Origin: a virus
Virus record (IMG/VR): IMGVR_UViG_3300025133_000004
Location: 1-53,281 of that record
Reading direction: 5' to 3' (one strand)
Length of the DNA stretch: 53,281 nucleotides
Shown: one piece after another, positions 50,651 through 53,281 of the stretch
How positions within the stretch are numbered: position 1 is the stretch's first letter
Layout: each line of letters starts with the position of its first letter
The notes under the pieces: model-generated
Database searches by the model: none
What the model saw: only the letters and a program-made list of their open reading frames with translations
Told to the model about the DNA's origin: nothing
Program-made: the position numbers and the translations under genes

Positions 50651-52258
50651 ATGCAAGCATTTGGTTTATCTTGTCAAGGGGGTTTAAACACTAATCTCAA
50701 CCAGTTTCAAATGTTACAACAACCCGGATTTGCTACAGAGTTAGAAAACTTTGAAGTTGATCCTGATGGTGGTTACAGAAGAATAAATGGTTACACACTT
50801 TACGGTGGGGGTAGTGCAGCAAGACCTAACAGCTCTAATGCTATATTAGGGCTTTTTGTTTATGGCGATGGCGTAATTGCTTGTTCAGGGACTAATATTT
50901 ATTTTAGTTTAGATGGAACAAGTTGGTTACAAATAAATCGTTCAAGCGTAAGTGGTTCAGGAGATAATTACTCTACATTTACAGGAAGAAGCACAGCGGC
51001 TAGAACAAGCCAAGCACAAGCTTCTTTTGCTTTGTTTGAAGGGTCTAGTACTTATGGTGAAGTAGTAATTACCGATAAAGGTTCTGGTGTAAAACCTGCT
51101 TTATTTAAAATGACAGGTACAGGAGCTTTAACAGATAGAACTTTCTTTTATGAAGAAATTACAGTTAGCGGTACGCACTATCCAAAATTTTGTACTATTC
51201 ACGATAAACACTTAGTAGTTGCCGGAGCAGCTACCGCACTTAATACAATATTTTATAGCGGCACAAGTGACATAAATGATTTTACTTCAAGCGGCTCTGG
51301 AAGTATTGTACTAGATGATCAGGTAGTAGGAATAAAAAGTTTCCGTGGTGATTTAATTATATTCTGTAAAAATAGTATTTATAAATTATCAGACATAAAT
51401 ATTTCTGCTTCTATAGCTGTAACACCTATTACACAAAACGTAGGTTGTTTGGATGGACATAGTATTCAAGAAATAGGAGGCGATCTTTTATTTTTAAGCC
51501 CCGATGGATTTCGTTTAGTTGCAGGTACAGCACGTATTGGTGACGTAGAGTTAAGCTCTGTATCTAGAAACATACAATCTATAGTATCAAAAATAGCAGC
51601 TTCTATAGATACATTTACTATTAGTAGTGCAGTATTAAGAAGTAAATCTCAATACAGATTATTTTATAGTGCAAGTTCAGGTTCTACATCTACATCAAAA
51701 GGTTTGATAGGTACAATAACTCCTAATGGGTTTGAATGGTCTGAAACAATAGGCATTCAAGCACATGGATTTACATCAGGTTTTAATAACGATAGTGTAG
51801 AAAAAATATATCATGGTGATAAAGATGGATATGTTTATAACCATAACACAGGAAATGATTTTAATCCGGCAGGAACACAAACAAATATAGATGCTAGATA
51901 TAAAACACCTAACTTAGATTTTGGAGATGCAGGTACACTTAAAACATTACATTATACAAAAATATCTTTTACACCTGAAGGTACAATAGAACCTACATTA
52001 AAGATAACATATGATTTTGATGATACGAATAGACCACAGCCTCCAAATTATGAACTAGATTCAATACCAACTCCCGCAGTATTTGGTTCAGGAACTTTTA
52101 ATACATCAGTATTTGGAGCTTCTCAAGACCCTATGGCAAGACAAGCAGTACAGGGAAGTGGACACAATATAGCCTTTAAAATATTTAGTCAAGATACTAA
52201 AGCACCTTATTCAATAAATGGTTTTTATGTAGATTATAGACCATCCGGTAGGAGATAG
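50651..52258 (+). CDS. putative tail tubular B / nozzle-like protein
   Basis: A 535-aa ORF between the adaptor-like gene and the fibre gene. Assigned from position only. Confidence 0.4.
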   Translation: MQAFGLSCQGGLNTNLNQFQMLQQPGFATELENFEVDPDGGYRRINGYTLYGGGSAARPNSSNAILGLFVYGDGVIACSGTNIYFSLDGTSWLQINRSSVSGSGDNYSTFTGRSTAARTSQAQASFALFEGSSTYGEVVITDKGSGVKPALFKMTGTGALTDRTFFYEEITVSGTHYPKFCTIHDKHLVVAGAATALNTIFYSGTSDINDFTSSGSGSIVLDDQVVGIKSFRGDLIIFCKNSIYKLSDINISASIAVTPITQNVGCLDGHSIQEIGGDLLFLSPDGFRLVAGTARIGDVELSSVSRNIQSIVSKIAASIDTFTISSAVLRSKSQYRLFYSASSGSTSTSKGLIGTITPNGFEWSETIGIQAHGFTSGFNNDSVEKIYHGDKDGYVYNHNTGNDFNPAGTQTNIDARYKTPNLDFGDAGTLKTLHYTKISFTPEGTIEPTLKITYDFDDTNRPQPPNYELDSIPTPAVFGSGTFNTSVFGASQDPMARQAVQGSGHNIAFKIFSQDTKAPYSINGFYVDYRPSGRR

Positions 52259-52260
52259 CA

Positions 52261-53281
52261 ATGGGTACAAGTTATGTAAGACAAAGCTCAATGGCAGATG
52301 GAGATACGATAACTGCTGCTTTATTTAATGATGAATTTAATAGACTTCTAACTGCTTTTTCATATGCTTCTAGTAGTACTACAGGTCATCAACACGATGG
52401 TACAGCCGCAGAAGGCGGTAATATACATACAATAGGTGATCAAGATTTTTTAAATAAAATTGTAGCTGATAGCACAAACAACCGTTGGGGTTTCTTTGTA
52501 GAAGTTTCTAGCTCTGCTGTAGAACAAATTCGTATTCAAGACGGAGCTATCGTACCTGTTACAGATAATGATATTGATTTAGGCACAAGCTCCTTAGAAT
52601 TTAAAGATGCTTACTTTGATGGCACAGTAACAACAGATGCTCTGGTTGCAGATACAGCAGATATTAATGGTGGCTCAGTAGATGGAGCAACGCTAGGAAC
52701 AAATAGTGCAATTACTCAAGCAGTTATAGATAATGTAAATATAAATGGTACAACAATAGGACATACAGATGATACTGATTTAATTACACTTGCTGATGGT
52801 GTTGTAACAATAGCGGGTGAACTAGACGCAACTACTTTAGATATTTCAGGTAATGCAGATATTGATGGAACTTTAGAAGCAGATGCTTATACGGTAGATG
52901 GAACAGCCTTAAATGAATATATAGCAGATACAGTAGGAGCTATGGTTGGCTCTAATACAGAGACAAATATTACAGTTACCTATGAAGACGGAGATAATAC
53001 TCTAGATTTTGTAATAGGTACTCTCAACCAAGATACTACAGGTACAGCAGATAATTTTACAGTATCAGCTAATAACTCTACAGACGAGACAGTTTATCCA
53101 ATCTTTGTAGATGGTGCTACTGGAAGTCAAGGAGCAGAAAGCGACACAGGCTTAACATATAATCCTTCTAGTGGTCTTCTGACAATTTCAGGAGAACTAG
53201 ATGCAGGATCACTTGATATTTCAGGTAATGCCGATATAGATGGTACACTTGAAGCAGATGCAATTACAGTTGATGGTACAG
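52261..53281 (+). CDS. tail fibre protein, 5' part (continues at base 1 of the window)
   Basis: ATG at 52261 two nt after the upstream stop, and an open frame to the window end (MGTSYVRQSSMADGDTITAALFNDEFNRLL...). Not in the track because no stop is reached. Confidence 0.75.
   Translation, partial: MGTSYVRQSSMADGDTITAALFNDEFNRLLTAFSYASSSTTGHQHDGTAAEGGNIHTIGDQDFLNKIVADSTNNRWGFFVEVSSSAVEQIRIQDGAIVPVTDNDIDLGTSSLEFKDAYFDGTVTTDALVADTADINGGSVDGATLGTNSAITQAVIDNVNINGTTIGHTDDTDLITLADGVVTIAGELDATTLDISGNADIDGTLEADAYTVDGTALNEYIADTVGAMVGSNTETNITVTYEDGDNTLDFVIGTLNQDTTGTADNFTVSANNSTDETVYPIFVDGATGSQGAESDTGLTYNPSSGLLTISGELDAGSLDISGNADIDGTLEADAITVDGT
52837..53281 (+). repeat. 375-nt (125-aa) tandem duplication inside the fibre gene; unit 2 starts at 53211 and runs across the junction
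   Basis: LDISGNADIDGTLEADA(Y/I)TVDGTALNEYIADTVGAMVGSNTE...DGDNTLDF..GTLNQDTTGTA occurs twice in tandem. The nucleotide copies are diverged. Confidence 0.8.
53212..53280. repeat. terminal redundancy: identical to bases 1-69
   Basis: Read directly at both ends. Confidence 0.9.

Overview
The window looks like a complete, circularly closed genome of about 53.2 kb from a low-GC lytic tailed phage. It has a podovirus-like layout with a T7-type replisome and resembles marine HMO-2011/pelagiphage-type genomes; that placement is an inference from gene content. Bases 1-69 repeat at 53212-53280, and a tail-fibre gene of about 750 codons reads in frame across that junction. Two divergent transcription arms leave a 2.1 kb control region (39.8-41.95 kb) and meet tail to tail at 25033-25036. 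The leftward arm (39728 down to 25033) carries small early genes, a DUF932-like protein, an SSB, a T7 gp4-type primase-helicase, a family A DNA polymerase, three nucleases, a DUF3310 protein and class I RNR nrdA/nrdB. The rightward arm (41956 onward, wrapping round to 25036) carries terS, terL, portal, scaffold and capsid genes, tail genes and the modular fibre. It continues with two RCC1 beta-propeller paralogues flanking a sulfotransferase-GT9 fusion, a cassette of four small membrane proteins with a 3TM holin, and internal-virion proteins. These include a GH24 lysozyme and a 2463-aa giant protein. The arm ends in a G+C-richer cargo encoding a secreted cytochrome c / copper-monooxygenase-like protein and a lipoprotein. 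I saw no tRNA, rRNA, CRISPR array, integrase or phage RNA polymerase. The most unusual structure is in the control region, where three adjacent imperfect palindromes lie side by side. In two of them, one arm is an intact small gene with its RBS (and, in the larger one, its terminator), and the other arm is a degenerate mirror image of the same cassette. All domain calls come from motifs read by eye; no HMM or BLAST search was run.
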